This document shows positions 26,881 through 38,303 of a DNA stretch of 64,000 nucleotides, one piece after another. Position 1 is the stretch's first letter, and every line of letters starts with the position of its first letter. The notes under the pieces are model-generated. The model saw only the letters and a program-made list of their open reading frames with translations. It did no database searches and had not been told where the DNA came from. Where the stretch lies: the IMG/VR virus record IMGVR_UViG_3300045988_066710; one strand, given 5' to 3'. Both the position numbers and the translations under genes were made by a program. The DNA is from a virus.

Positions 26881-28754
26881 TAATTAAGGATTTAATAGTT
26901 CAAGTATATGATATAGAAATATTTCCTAACTGTTTTAGTTTGACTATTAAAAATACTGAAACAAAAGAATTTCAATTTTTTGAGTTATCTAATAGAAAGA
27001 ATAATTTAGTTGATTTAGTGCCTCTTTTTCTTGATAAAAGATATATATTTTGTGGATATAATAATATCCACTATGATAATCCAATAGTTAATTTTATAAT
27101 TGAATATAAAGAAACATTAAAAAAGAGTACTAGGTTAGATATAGAATATAACTTATTTCAATTAAGTCAAACTATTATCAAAGGTGATTTAGAGAAATGG
27201 AAAAGATGGAAATATGCTAATAACTTTGAAACGTTAGATTTGCTTACAATGTTATTTTCACAGAAACTTAGAGTTGGTTTGAAAGAAATGCAAGTTACTA
27301 TGAAATATTCTAATGTACAAGAATATGATGGTGATTTTGAGGCTCCTATACCAGAAGAGGATATTCCAAAGATGATACAATATAATATTAATGATGTTAA
27401 TTCAACTGAGGAATTACTTTATAGATGTGAAAATGATATTAAATTGAGACTTAATATTGAGGAAGAATATGGAATTAAAGCTTTAAATAAAGATGGTGTT
27501 AATCTAGGTATGGAGATTCTTAAAACTAAATATCTAGAGAAAACACATAAAACTTGGAATGATATAAAAGATTTAAGAAGTCCTTGTGATAAGATAGCAT
27601 TAAATGAAATTATTCTTCCTTTTATTAAGTTTGATAATCCTATACTAAAAGATTTACTTAATGAAATGAAACAACAAGTTGTTTCTCCTGATAGAAAAGG
27701 TTATAATAAACATTTTCTTATGGATAATCTTGAGTATTCTGTTGGAGTAGGAGGTATTCATTCTGTTAATAAACCTAGTATATTTATTGCCAAAGAAGAT
27801 GAAGTAATTTCAGATGTGGATGTTGCCTCATTGTATCCAAGTCTTATTATTGAATATGGCTTTTATCCTCCTCATCTTGGTAAAGAATTTCTTGAAGTAT
27901 ATAAAGGAATTAAAGATGAAAGAATTGAAGCTAAACATAATGGTAATAAGCTTAAGAACTTAACATTAAAGTTAAGTATTAATGGATTAAGTGGTAATCT
28001 TCAATCAGAGTTTTCTTGGTGTTATTCTCCTAAGACAGTAATGAGAATTAGAATTAATGGACAGCTTTTATTATTAATGTTAGCTGAAAAGTTAATATCA
28101 ATAGGTTGCCAGATTATTCAAGCAAATACTGATGGTTTATTTGTTCTTAGAAAAAAGAAAGATGAACAGAAATTTAAGGATGTATGTAAATGGTGGGAAA
28201 ATCTTACTAGACTAGAACTTGAAGAAGATAGATTTGAAAGATTTTATCAATTTGCTATTAATGATTATTTAGGTGTTATTGAAGGATATAAAGATAGTAA
28301 AAATCCTAAATTATTAAAGAAAAAAGGTTTATTTATTGATAGTGTAACTTTAGGTAAAGGTATGCAACCAATGATTATTCCTAAAGCAATTAATGCTAAT
28401 TTAGCTGATAATATACCTGTAGAAGAAACTATTAGAAATTGTAAGGATATTAATGAATTTATTACATATCAAAAAGTAGATAAAAAGTTTGCTGTACAAT
28501 ATATGAATAAGTTTATTACTCATATTAATAGATATTATGTATCTACTAATGGTGGTTATCTTTATAAATGTGAAGTAGAAGGTAATAAAATAGTAAAATT
28601 TGCTAATATGCTTACAGCATCTGGAGTTACATTATGTAATGATATTACAGCTATAAAAGAATTCCCTAAAAATATTAACTATAAATATTATATTAAAGAA
28701 GCAAATAAAATCTTAGCTAAATTGAAAATTCAAGAACAAGGATTATTTTGGTAA
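26877..28754 (+). CDS. family B DNA polymerase with 3'-5' exonuclease domain
   Basis: Exo I YDIEIFPN (DxE), Exo II YNNIHYDNPIV and Exo III YNINDVNSTEEL (YxxxD). Pol motif A is DVASLYPSLI (DxxSLYPS), motif B is KLSINGLSGN (KxxxNSxYG-like) and motif C is QANTDGLFV (DTD). Confidence 0.9.
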   Translation: MIIKDLIVQVYDIEIFPNCFSLTIKNTETKEFQFFELSNRKNNLVDLVPLFLDKRYIFCGYNNIHYDNPIVNFIIEYKETLKKSTRLDIEYNLFQLSQTIIKGDLEKWKRWKYANNFETLDLLTMLFSQKLRVGLKEMQVTMKYSNVQEYDGDFEAPIPEEDIPKMIQYNINDVNSTEELLYRCENDIKLRLNIEEEYGIKALNKDGVNLGMEILKTKYLEKTHKTWNDIKDLRSPCDKIALNEIILPFIKFDNPILKDLLNEMKQQVVSPDRKGYNKHFLMDNLEYSVGVGGIHSVNKPSIFIAKEDEVISDVDVASLYPSLIIEYGFYPPHLGKEFLEVYKGIKDERIEAKHNGNKLKNLTLKLSINGLSGNLQSEFSWCYSPKTVMRIRINGQLLLLMLAEKLISIGCQIIQANTDGLFVLRKKKDEQKFKDVCKWWENLTRLELEEDRFERFYQFAINDYLGVIEGYKDSKNPKLLKKKGLFIDSVTLGKGMQPMIIPKAINANLADNIPVEETIRNCKDINEFITYQKVDKKFAVQYMNKFITHINRYYVSTNGGYLYKCEVEGNKIVKFANMLTASGVTLCNDITAIKEFPKNINYKYYIKEANKILAKLKIQEQGLFW

Positions 28755-28809
28755 TATTCTTCCTCCTTACAGAACCAAAGAGTATTTTAACAATTAAATA
28801 AATAGTAAT

Positions 28810-29235
28810 ATGATTATTAAAAAAGGAGATAAATTCGAATGCATTAAAGATGTTATAATGGATAATAATCCAAAAGATATAGCTTATACTTCAGGTAAAA
28901 TTTATATTAGTGAATTAGATGGATGTATAACAGATGATCAAAATAAAGCTAACCATTATTGGTCTAATGAAGAAAGTGAACAATATTTTATAAAATTACC
29001 AAAAAATAAAAAAGAAATGGTTAATCATCCTTCTCATTATAAAAATAATAAGTATGAATGTATTGATGTAATGCTTGATATATTTGGTAAAGATAAAACA
29101 GCAGCTTTCTGTGAGTTGAATGCTTTTAAATATCTATGGAGAGCCAATAATAAAGGTACTGATATTCAAGATAAGAAAAAAGCTGAATGGTATATTAATA
29201 AATATATTGAATTAAAAGAAAATAAGAATGATTAA
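28810..29235 (+). CDS. DUF3310-like phage protein
   Basis: VNHPSHYKNNKYECIDV...FCELNAFKYLWRANNKG resembles the DUF3310 pattern as I remember it (HPsHY...ecid....f...nv.KYl.R...K). Assigned from memory of the family, not from a search. Confidence 0.5.
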   Translation: MIIKKGDKFECIKDVIMDNNPKDIAYTSGKIYISELDGCITDDQNKANHYWSNEESEQYFIKLPKNKKEMVNHPSHYKNNKYECIDVMLDIFGKDKTAAFCELNAFKYLWRANNKGTDIQDKKKAEWYINKYIELKENKND

Positions 29236-29641
29236 CTATTTAAATATTTATTTAGTAAAGAAGGAGAGTTCAAAAGATTCTCCTTTATTATTTATGTCTT
29301 TTAGTAGAAATCATCCTATTTATAGAGCAGTAGTAGAAGCTATTGCTCCTATATGGACAGGTTATGAAGATGGCTATACAGAATTGACTTATGATAATTT
29401 AACTGAATGTATTAATTCTTTAGATAAAGAAACTAATCATATTGTAAATAAAATAGTAGAATATGAGAAAGCTGTACTGAAGAATCCTAAAAGTGATATT
29501 ATTGAACAGTTAATTGAATATAAGGAGATTTATAAAGAAATGGAAGAAAATAATCATAATCTTGCATTTATAAGACGGTTTACTAATGATATTATTAATG
29601 GATATTCAGATTTTAGTAAGGTATTATGTAATATAACTTAA
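29228..29641 (+). CDS. hypothetical protein
   Basis: ATG ORF of 137 aa overlapping the upstream stop. Confidence 0.5.
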   Translation: MINYLNIYLVKKESSKDSPLLFMSFSRNHPIYRAVVEAIAPIWTGYEDGYTELTYDNLTECINSLDKETNHIVNKIVEYEKAVLKNPKSDIIEQLIEYKEIYKEMEENNHNLAFIRRFTNDIINGYSDFSKVLCNIT

Positions 29642-29642
29642 T

Positions 29643-29807
29643 ATGACACAAAAAGATAAATTAAGAGAGTCTTTTTTAGCTTTAGTATCCATTAAAAGTA
29701 CTGCTAATAATATTATAGATTATTGTAGTGAATATAGTAGTGAAGCTGCTAATTATGCTCAAGAAATTAAACATAAATGTGAAGAAGTTCTTAAATTATT
29801 AAAATAA
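29643..29807 (+). CDS. hypothetical small protein (54 aa)
   Basis: Translated by hand: MTQKDKLRESFLALVSIKSTANNIIDYCSEYSSEAANYAQEIKHKCEEVLKLLK. It starts 1 nt after the previous stop. Confidence 0.35.
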   Translation: MTQKDKLRESFLALVSIKSTANNIIDYCSEYSSEAANYAQEIKHKCEEVLKLLK

Positions 29808-29983
29808 TGGGAAATAATAGGAAAAGACTTATTTATAATATGGCTAAGAAGATATGTGATGCTTATATGACATATACTTGTAGTTGTGCATTTGTTGAAA
29901 ATAATTTAGTAGATAAAAAAGTATCTCAGAAGTTTAAAGAACTTAAAGATGCTATTGTAGAACAATCAAATAGTATAAAATGA
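29807..29983 (+). CDS. hypothetical small protein (58 aa)
   Basis: Translated by hand: MGNNRKRLIYNMAKKICDAYMTYTCSCAFVENNLVDKKVSQKFKELKDAIVEQSNSIK. It has a TAATG overlap upstream and an ATGA overlap downstream. Confidence 0.35.
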   Translation: MGNNRKRLIYNMAKKICDAYMTYTCSCAFVENNLVDKKVSQKFKELKDAIVEQSNSIK

Positions 29984-30450
29984 AAAGAATAATTCTTACA
30001 AGAGGTATTCCTGCCAGTGGTAAGAGTACTTGGGCTAAACAAGAGGTTCTTAAAGACCCAGAACATTCTATTAGAATTAATAGAGATGATTTAAGAAATA
30101 TGAGTGGTCAATACTGGGTTCCTGCAAGAGAAGATTATATTAAAGCTTGTACAGGTACTATGTTGATGAATGCTATAAACTTTAAGTTTGATACTATCAT
30201 TATAGATGAAATGAATCTTAATCCTAAAGAAACTGGATATTTAAAAGAAGTAGTTTCAATGATGAATGATACTTTCAAAGATAATAATGATAAGTATATA
30301 ATTGAAATTAAAGATTTTACAAATATACCTTTAGATGTATGTCTTGAAAGAGATAGTAAAAGAGAAAATCCTATAGGAGAAAATGTAATTAGGGGTATTT
30401 TTAATAAATATAAAGAATTATATAATTTAAAAGAAACCAGTGATGAGTAA
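29980..30450 (+). CDS. P-loop kinase (polynucleotide kinase / AAA_33-like)
   Basis: Walker A RGIPASGKSTWA at the N-terminus, RINRDDLR as in T4 Pnk-like kinases, and Walker B-like IIIDEMN. Confidence 0.65.
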   Translation: MKRIILTRGIPASGKSTWAKQEVLKDPEHSIRINRDDLRNMSGQYWVPAREDYIKACTGTMLMNAINFKFDTIIIDEMNLNPKETGYLKEVVSMMNDTFKDNNDKYIIEIKDFTNIPLDVCLERDSKRENPIGENVIRGIFNKYKELYNLKETSDE

Positions 30451-30757
30451 TACACCAACATTAATGCAGAGTGAAGAAAGAAGTCTTAATGAATTAAACT
30501 CTGAACCAAAGAAAATTAAAGTAGATGTTACTGTAAGTATTATTATGAGTAAAACTACTACTATTGAAATTAGTGAAGGGGATGAAAATGATGATAATAA
30601 ATTGCTTACAGCATTTGATTCTCAGAAGTATTCTCCTGAACAGATTAGAGCTATTCTTGAAGAATATAAACATAGAAAGAGTATTAATAATTTCCAAACT
30701 AAACTTAATGATTTAAGTGGTTGGGTAGTTGATGATAAATGTATTAATTTAGAATAA
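30443..30757 (+). CDS. hypothetical protein
   Basis: The track ORF starts at GTG 30440. An ATG follows immediately at 30443. Confidence 0.45.
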   Translation: MSNTPTLMQSEERSLNELNSEPKKIKVDVTVSIIMSKTTTIEISEGDENDDNKLLTAFDSQKYSPEQIRAILEEYKHRKSINNFQTKLNDLSGWVVDDKCINLE

Positions 30758-30758
30758 T

Positions 30759-31628
30759 ATGAGGTTAATTAATCAAAGTTATGAAATCTGTAATCAGATA
30801 GATTTTAGTATGTCTGGTATCTATAAACATATAGAGAAATGTACTAGAGTAGCTTATAAGAGTGAAGATAAAATTACAGAAGATAGTGCAGCATCTTTCA
30901 TAGATAAGCTTCTTAAGATGAAGCATCTTGCTCCTATGGAATTTGGTACTATTCACTTTAAAATTCCTACTACTTTACTTAAGACATTTGCTGAAGATTT
31001 AATCTTTTGTAATTTATATAATATAGAATGGATTAAATGTAAAACAGTAGATAATTATGCCTACTTTACTACTAATTATAGACATTGGCTAGAGTTAGAA
31101 AAGAAAGTATCATATATTAGAGAGTACTTTAATTCAGAAGATAATGAATATTATCCTAAAAGATATACAGTAAAACTTATTACTAATAGAGCTGTAAGTC
31201 ATGAAGTAGTAAGACATAGAACAATGTCTTTTATTCAGGAATCTCAGCGTTTTTGTGCCTATAATAAAGATAAGTTTAATAATGAAGTTACATTTATTAA
31301 ACCTTGTTGGTTAGCTATAAAAGAAGGTACTTATACTGAAAAGAATTATCATGATAATTTCTATACTAGTAAAAATGTTGAGTATGATTTTATGATACAT
31401 CTTCTTACAGCAGAGGCTACCTATTTTAAGCTTCTTAAAGAAGGTTGGAAACCACAACAGGCTAGAGTAGTATTACCTAATAGTACTAAAACAGAATTAT
31501 ATATGTGTGGATTTAAAGAAGCTTGGGAACATTTCTTTGAACTTAGAGATAACAAGATAGTTGACCCACAGATGTATGATTTAGCACATCCAATGCATCA
31601 AGATTTTATTAATAATAAATATTTATAA
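30759..31628 (+). CDS. thyX: flavin-dependent thymidylate synthase
   Basis: The ThyX signature RHRTMSFIQESQRF (RHRxxSxxxxSxR). Confidence 0.85.
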   Translation: MRLINQSYEICNQIDFSMSGIYKHIEKCTRVAYKSEDKITEDSAASFIDKLLKMKHLAPMEFGTIHFKIPTTLLKTFAEDLIFCNLYNIEWIKCKTVDNYAYFTTNYRHWLELEKKVSYIREYFNSEDNEYYPKRYTVKLITNRAVSHEVVRHRTMSFIQESQRFCAYNKDKFNNEVTFIKPCWLAIKEGTYTEKNYHDNFYTSKNVEYDFMIHLLTAEATYFKLLKEGWKPQQARVVLPNSTKTELYMCGFKEAWEHFFELRDNKIVDPQMYDLAHPMHQDFINNKYL

Positions 31629-31630
31629 TT

Positions 31631-32263
31631 ATGTTTGAAAAAGGAATTATGATTGAAAAAGAAATTAAAAAAGGTGATATTCTTAGTGAAAGTTCTCATT
31701 ATAGAGTAAAGAATATTCTTGGTAGTAGTGTTATTCTTGAACACTTTGAAAGTAAAAATGAAGTAGCTATTGATAAGGATTATCTTCATAATTTCTGTAA
31801 TACTGCTGATGGGTATACTACAGAAATAAAAGTTACTAAAGAAGACAAGAAAGATGGTACTCCTGGAATTAGAAGTATATGGGAGAATATTCATAGTAGT
31901 AAGGTATTTACTGTATGTTTTAAGAAGCAAGATATAGCTAAAAGTGCTAAACAATTTAAAACAGAAGTAGATATTCTAGCTGAACAAATATGCCAAGAAA
32001 TTGATAAGGTTAAAAATTCAAAGAAAGGTGTAGCAGATTGGGCTAAGAAAACTCTTTATACTCTTATGAATAATCCTATTCCTAAGATTGTTGAAGGAGA
32101 AGATAGAGTTCTTAGAGGATATAAAATTCAATTTGAATCTAGAGATGGTAAGTATCAGTGTATTGATATGGATATTGAAGATTCAGAAAACAATGTAAGA
32201 TTAGTCAATATTAATACTATTAAATGGCTTATTATTGATAATACTAAATACATTGTTCAATAG
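31631..32263 (+). CDS. hypothetical protein
   Basis: ATG ORF of 210 aa and the last gene of the replication module. A strong terminator follows it. Confidence 0.55.
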   Translation: MFEKGIMIEKEIKKGDILSESSHYRVKNILGSSVILEHFESKNEVAIDKDYLHNFCNTADGYTTEIKVTKEDKKDGTPGIRSIWENIHSSKVFTVCFKKQDIAKSAKQFKTEVDILAEQICQEIDKVKNSKKGVADWAKKTLYTLMNNPIPKIVEGEDRVLRGYKIQFESRDGKYQCIDMDIEDSENNVRLVNINTIKWLIIDNTKYIVQ

Positions 32264-32286
32264 TTTTAATTGTTAATAATGTTAAG

Positions 32287-32327
32287 AAGGTACTATAAGC
32301 GATTTGTTTATAGTACCTTTAATTTTT
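32287..32327 (+). terminator. rho-independent terminator
   Basis: Perfect 12-bp stem AAGGTACTATAA (32287-32298) / TTATAGTACCTT (32308-32319) with a 9-nt loop, followed by TAATTTTT. Confidence 0.8.
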
Positions 32328-32337
32328 ACTAAAAAGT

Positions 32338-32368
32338 TTTGCAACTAACTATAAAAGTTGTATCTTTG
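32338..32368 (+). promoter_or_regulatory. Bacteroidota-type sigma-A promoter (TTTG-N19-TATCTTTG)
   Basis: TTTG at 32338-32341, an exact 19-nt spacer, then TATCTTTG at 32361-32368, 31 nt upstream of the ATG at 32400. It shares the 12-mer TGTATCTTTGCA with two - strand promoters in this window. Confidence 0.7.
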
Positions 32369-32399
32369 CAAACAAATAATTTAATTAAATATAAAGAAT

Positions 32400-35300
32400 A
32401 TGGCAATACATTGTATGTTACTCACTGGAGATAATATTAGAATAGTACAGAATTTCTTAAGTGAGTTTAAAGACAAGTATGATTGTATGCAGACTTTTGA
32501 TATGGTAAGGTCTATGATTAGTGCTTGGCAAAGTGCTAATTTTAAAGATGGTGAAGAACCTACAATGCCTACAAAAGATGAGATAGAGAAATTTATACAA
32601 TCACAATTAAGTAAAGATAAACAAAGTTCTGTGGCTCCTGTAAGAGGAACTTATGAAGTATCTACTGCTGGAGATAAAAGATTTTCAGCTTTAAATGCTA
32701 CTTTTGCTGAAGGGACTATCATTGATGGTGTAGATGTTAGTGGTAAAACCATTGAATATGTTTATCAAAACGTTATCAAAAAGAGTAGTAAAGGTAAAGC
32801 TCCTTCTCAAAAATCTAGATTAAATTTAAATCCTACAAATGTTTCTGAAATTAAAAGAGAAACTTTTAAACAAGAAGTTATTAATAAATATGGTAAACCT
32901 TTAAATTATTCTGTTGAAGAAGGTATTATTACTTTAAATTTAGAAAAAGGAACTTTAGAATTAATACCTTTTGCAGGTTCAGTTAAAGATGATAAAGGAG
33001 CTTCAATGGGTAATAAAGATATTAATTACTTTGTTGGAGGTTTAAAAATAGTAGAAGATTTAGCTGAAGGTTATGAGAATTATTCTTATTATGAAGGCTA
33101 TTTACCTCTATGGCAAGAATGGGCTAAACAAAATCCTGCTTTAATTAGCGAACTTAAAGCTAAGTCAGCAGGTAAAACTCTTACAGATAAATTTGCTAGA
33201 ACAAAAGTAAGTCAAGCTAGAGCATTAACTGATATTCTTAATAATTTTAATGAATCAGAATTTACTAGAAAGATAGATTCTATAGATAATCAAATTACAG
33301 ATGATATGGATGAATCAGATATAGTAAATCTGTTAGTTAAAAATGGTATTATAGAGAAAGGTTACTGGGGTATTCTTGGTAGAGAAATCATTATGGCTAA
33401 TATAAATGGAATTAAAATTCCTTTTTATAGAAGTAGTAATGGTACTAGTGGTAAGAAAGCGGGTAAATGGTATCAGTTCTTTGGCTTTGGTAATATGAAT
33501 TCTTCTAGTAAAGATAATGATTGGTTTATAAAGGGTAGTAGTAAGAATAATAATGAAATAGAAAATGGATATGGTTCTATAGATATTCAAAGGCTTACTG
33601 CTTTATTTAATAAATATCTTAACTGGACAGGAAAGCATGATAAAAATGATATGCATAGCGTATATGATTTTACTAAAAAAGGTACAGAAGGTGGAAATCA
33701 TGACTTTCTTGGTCCACAAAGAACAGAAGATATAAATACAATATTATATGGTACTAAAGATAAAGATTTAACTGGTATAAATGCCAGAAAAGCTTTAGAA
33801 GAGAGAGTTAATATGATTAAAGCTAATTCTAAAGCTTTATCTCCTGTACAGGAGAATGGAAAAATAACTCCAGTAATTACTACAGAAGCAACTCCTTATA
33901 CTAAAGGATTACCTCAAAAGAATCCAAATACTGCATATTTATTTACTGAAAATGCTCAAGCATATGTAACTTCCCTACAATTAGATGATTCTTGGATAGA
34001 AAGAGGTTATAATAAAGGTAATAGTGTAAAGACAGGAGTATCTGATGTAAGAGGTACAAATCAAGCAGGTATTAGAGCTTCTAGTTATAATACTTATGGA
34101 GCTACTAATATTAGTAGAAATGCTTTTGGTATTATAGTAAAAAAGTATCAGCAAAAACTTAGTCAATCTTCTTTTTTATCAAAAGAAGGACAATTTGAAG
34201 ATATTGATTCTGATTTTGAATTATTTAAGCAATTAAACTTACATATGTTTAATAATCTAAATAATTTTAATGCAGAAAATATAGTATTACCAAATCAAAT
34301 AGCATTAGGAAAGTCTGCTTTACCTCTTAGATTTACAGAATGGTTAAAAGAAGAATTAAGTAAAAGATTTAATGCTAATTTTATAATAGAAAAAAATACT
34401 AGAGCTGATTATGATGGTTATGGTATTAGAGTTATAAATACAAATATTAAAGTAGAAGAAGCTCCTATACAGGAAGATAATAAATCATATGCTGAGGATT
34501 TAGCTAGATGTGCTAGACAGATGTCTCCTATAGAAAGAAAACATAGAGTAGAAAGAATTACTAGAATGTTTTCATCTATAGTAAATAGTAAATTAAAGGA
34601 TAAGTTAGCTGCTTATAATGATAAAATTCAAGCAGAAACTAATCCTAAAGTAAAGAATGATTTATTATTTGGTAGAAAGAAAATTACTAGATTCAGTGTT
34701 ATTAAGTCTGAAGGTGTACAGAGTATTATGCTGGAAGTAAGAAAAGCCTTTCAAGTATATGCTGAGGCTCCTTTAGAGGCAAAGATAGCTATAGAAAAGA
34801 AATCTATTAAAGATGCTTTAATTAATAGACAAAAAAAGAAGGGTTATTCTATTGATGAAGAAGCTATTGATAGAAAAGCTACTATTATGGCTAAAGCAGT
34901 TGTTGAAAGAAAAGATGCAGCTTTTAAGAATGTACTTAATAACTTTCAAGTATTAGCAGAAGAAGCATTAGGAAACTTAGCATTAACTGAGGGTATTTCT
35001 GTTAACTTAAATAGTAACTTTGTACTTAATACTCAAGAGAATAGTGATACTTTCAATGAGGATGGTAAACAAACTAATCAAGGAGATGTATTTGAGAAAG
35101 AAGAATCTTTGAAAGATGGATGGATGACTGATGTTAGACAGGTAGCTACTTTTGATAGTCTTACTGCTAGAGTTAGACAAGCCATAGGTAATATGGTAAG
35201 ATATGATTCTACAGGCAATGTTGATAGAGATGATTTAGGAGATAATATCTATCTTAATGCAGGTTATGTACATTCAGAATTAATACAGGCTCTTAGAAAT

Positions 35301-38300
35301 ATGATTAGTGCTGAAGATATGATTCCTATGCTTGAACAACTTAGTAAAAAGAAGGTTTGGGTAAAGCAGATTATTAATGAATTAAATAATGATAATCAAC
35401 TGTTTACTGAGTTTTATAGAGCATATAGAAAGGATTATGTCAATTACTTTATTCAGAAAGTAAGTACTAATAGTGATACCTCTACAAGTACTAAAGTAAT
35501 GTCTATTAATGGTGCAGAAGGTACTTCACATTATTTTGATGAATGGAGAGATAACTATGAATATGGTAATGTTCTTACTACAAATAGTATATATGATAAG
35601 AATGGAGACATTCAATTAAAGAATGCTAAAGTAGGTCTTGATTTAGTTAATGAATTACTTGATATATTTGAAGACAGAGAAACTATTGCTGAAAATCTTA
35701 CTGATGAAAATATAGCAAGAATTAAGAAAGCTATGAATATGTTAGGTGCTAGTGTAGATTCAGAAACACTTGAAAATGCATTAAAGTTTAACTTAGATAA
35801 TAAAGCTTTCAAGCCAGCAGTTAATGTCTTATTAAGTAATTTAAGAACTATTTATTATGACTTAAATAAAGGTAATGAGAAAGTTAAAGATGGTGAATAT
35901 ATAGACTTACTTAATATTCATGGTACTGCCTTTAATAATATTGCAGAGGTAATCAATAAAGTAGATGAAGATACTATTGAATCTAGTGTAAGACAAGGTG
36001 ATAAAACTATGTATGCTCATATTAATCCTTCTTATGTAACAACTCTTATTAAGAAGTTACAGAGAGAAGATACTTATAAACAGGTACTTGATGATTATAG
36101 AGTATGTAATTGGTTTAATAAGAATGGTAAATGGAGAAATAGTATATTAGAAGAAATTGAAAATAATGCAGAAGTAAGAAGTAATTTAAAGCATGTAGTA
36201 CTCCTTCAATATAATAGAAAGGAATATAATGCTTGGACAGATTTAGATGCTACATTAGCCTTATATAATATGTATATGACTGGTGCAGCAGATAGAAGTG
36301 GAAGTGAAACTTATGGTTATTATCAAGTACCTATGTTATCTGATGCACAATCTGCTGAGTTTATTAAATTCAAGAGATATAAGAAGGGATATGAAGAGAA
36401 GTTACTTGATAAGTTTAAAGACTTAGTATATCAGGAGATTGATAGAATTAATCTTGTTAAAGAAAGAGCTACTACAGATAATCATATAGACCCTATTGCT
36501 AACTTTGATATGAATGGTAAAAAGATGGGAGGTGCAGAATTTAAGTTCTTCCCTGAATTAAATCAGAAAGGTCAAAGTGGCAAAACATTCCTTCAAGCTA
36601 TAGATGAAGCTAAACAGATATCTATGGATGAAGTTGATAACTTAATTAAAAATACTATTAAGTCTATAATGGATAGTAGATTTAAAGAGGCTATTCAACA
36701 CTATAAGGATATTGGTCTTTATGATAGAATTGGTACAGAGAAGAATGCTAGATTTAAGCATGTAAATGTTTATTCTGAGGAAGGAATGAATGATAGAATG
36801 AGAGAATGGTTCTGGAATAGTACTTATTTTACTTCTCAATTTATTGAACTTACAACTACTGATTTAGCTTATTATAAAAATCTTGAGGATTTCCAAAAGA
36901 GAAATAAGCAAGACCATGCACCAGCAGAAAGACTTAATACTCTTGCTACTTGGAATGGTAAACCAGTATTAGTAAACAATGATGGAAGTAGAAGAACTAC
37001 TAGAAGAGTTATTTATCTTAAAGATAATATTCTTCCTGCTAATAGTATGGATAGTATTAATGAGATACTTGAAGCCAGAGTTAAAGATAAGAATGATGCC
37101 TTTACTGCTTATGATAAAGCTGCTATTATGTCTATATTTAATAAAGTCAATGTAGCAGATGCACAAGCTTATAATACATTACCATCATTTAGGTCTACTC
37201 AAATTATGGCAGGTATGTGGTCTGATGCAGAAGAAACAGCCTACAATAATATTATGAATAATAAGTGGACTGCAAGTGATTTCTTAGTACTTTGGAATAC
37301 AAGAAAACCATATCTTTATACTCAGAAGAATCAACCTGATGGTATGGGTGGAATTATGAAAGTTCCTACTCAACATAAGAATTCTGAGTTCCTTCTCCTT
37401 ACAGGAGCAATGTTTGGTCAAATACTTCATTCAAGTAAATTGCAAGCTCTTAATGACTTTATGGTAAAGAATAATATAGATTCTGCTATGTTTGAAAGTG
37501 CTGTAAAGGATGGCTTACAAGGTACAATTAATCTTAATGATGCTACAAATTATGCTTCTACTATGACTGTCCTGGAAAATGTAACCAGGCTTAATGGTAA
37601 AGAAAATCCAAATGTAGTACATGAATTTGATTATAATGATTATGGTATTCAGACATCTACTCCTGAACATGGTATTGATAAAGTACAACTTGTAGGTACT
37701 CAGATTAGAAGATTAATTAGTTCTGATATGAATCCTAATAGAGACCCTAACTTTAAATTAAAATATAAAGATAGGGAATTTACACAAGAAGAATGGATGA
37801 ATTATTTTAATGCTATCAATACTGCTAATATTCAAGAAGCTTTTAAGGAAGTATCTGATAAGTTTAATGATATTCATGAAGTTGAGAAAGAACTTATAAG
37901 AGAAGTAAGAAGTAATCCTAGATATGGAACAGACTTAATTAGAGCATTAACTCTTGATGAGAATGGTAACTTTAATATTCCTCTTATAGACCCTTCACAG
38001 ACTTTAAGGATACAAGCATTACTTAACAGTATATTAAAGAATAGGGTTACTAAGCAGAAGATTAATGGTGGAGCATTAATTCAAGCTTCTCCTTTTGGTC
38101 TTGATGAAAGTAAACAACCTCAAATTGTTTATAATGAAGATGGCTCTATTAAATATTTTGAAGCTTATCTTCCTTGTCCAACAGAAGAATTATATAATGC
38201 TTTATTAGACCCTAATACTCATGAACTTGATATTAATAAAAAGAATAGTAAAGGTAATTATATAGTACCAGAAAAGTATAGAGAAGTAATAGGTTATAGA

Positions 38301-38303
38301 GTT
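32400..38303 (+). CDS. crAss-type virion RNA polymerase giant protein, exon 1
   Basis: A 1,968-codon ORF ending at V (GTT 38301-38303) just before a TGA that lies inside a group I intron. It continues in frame in exon 2, which carries the catalytic DxDxD. The gene's size and its position next to the virion block fit the crAss-like phage virion RNAP. Confidence 0.75.
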
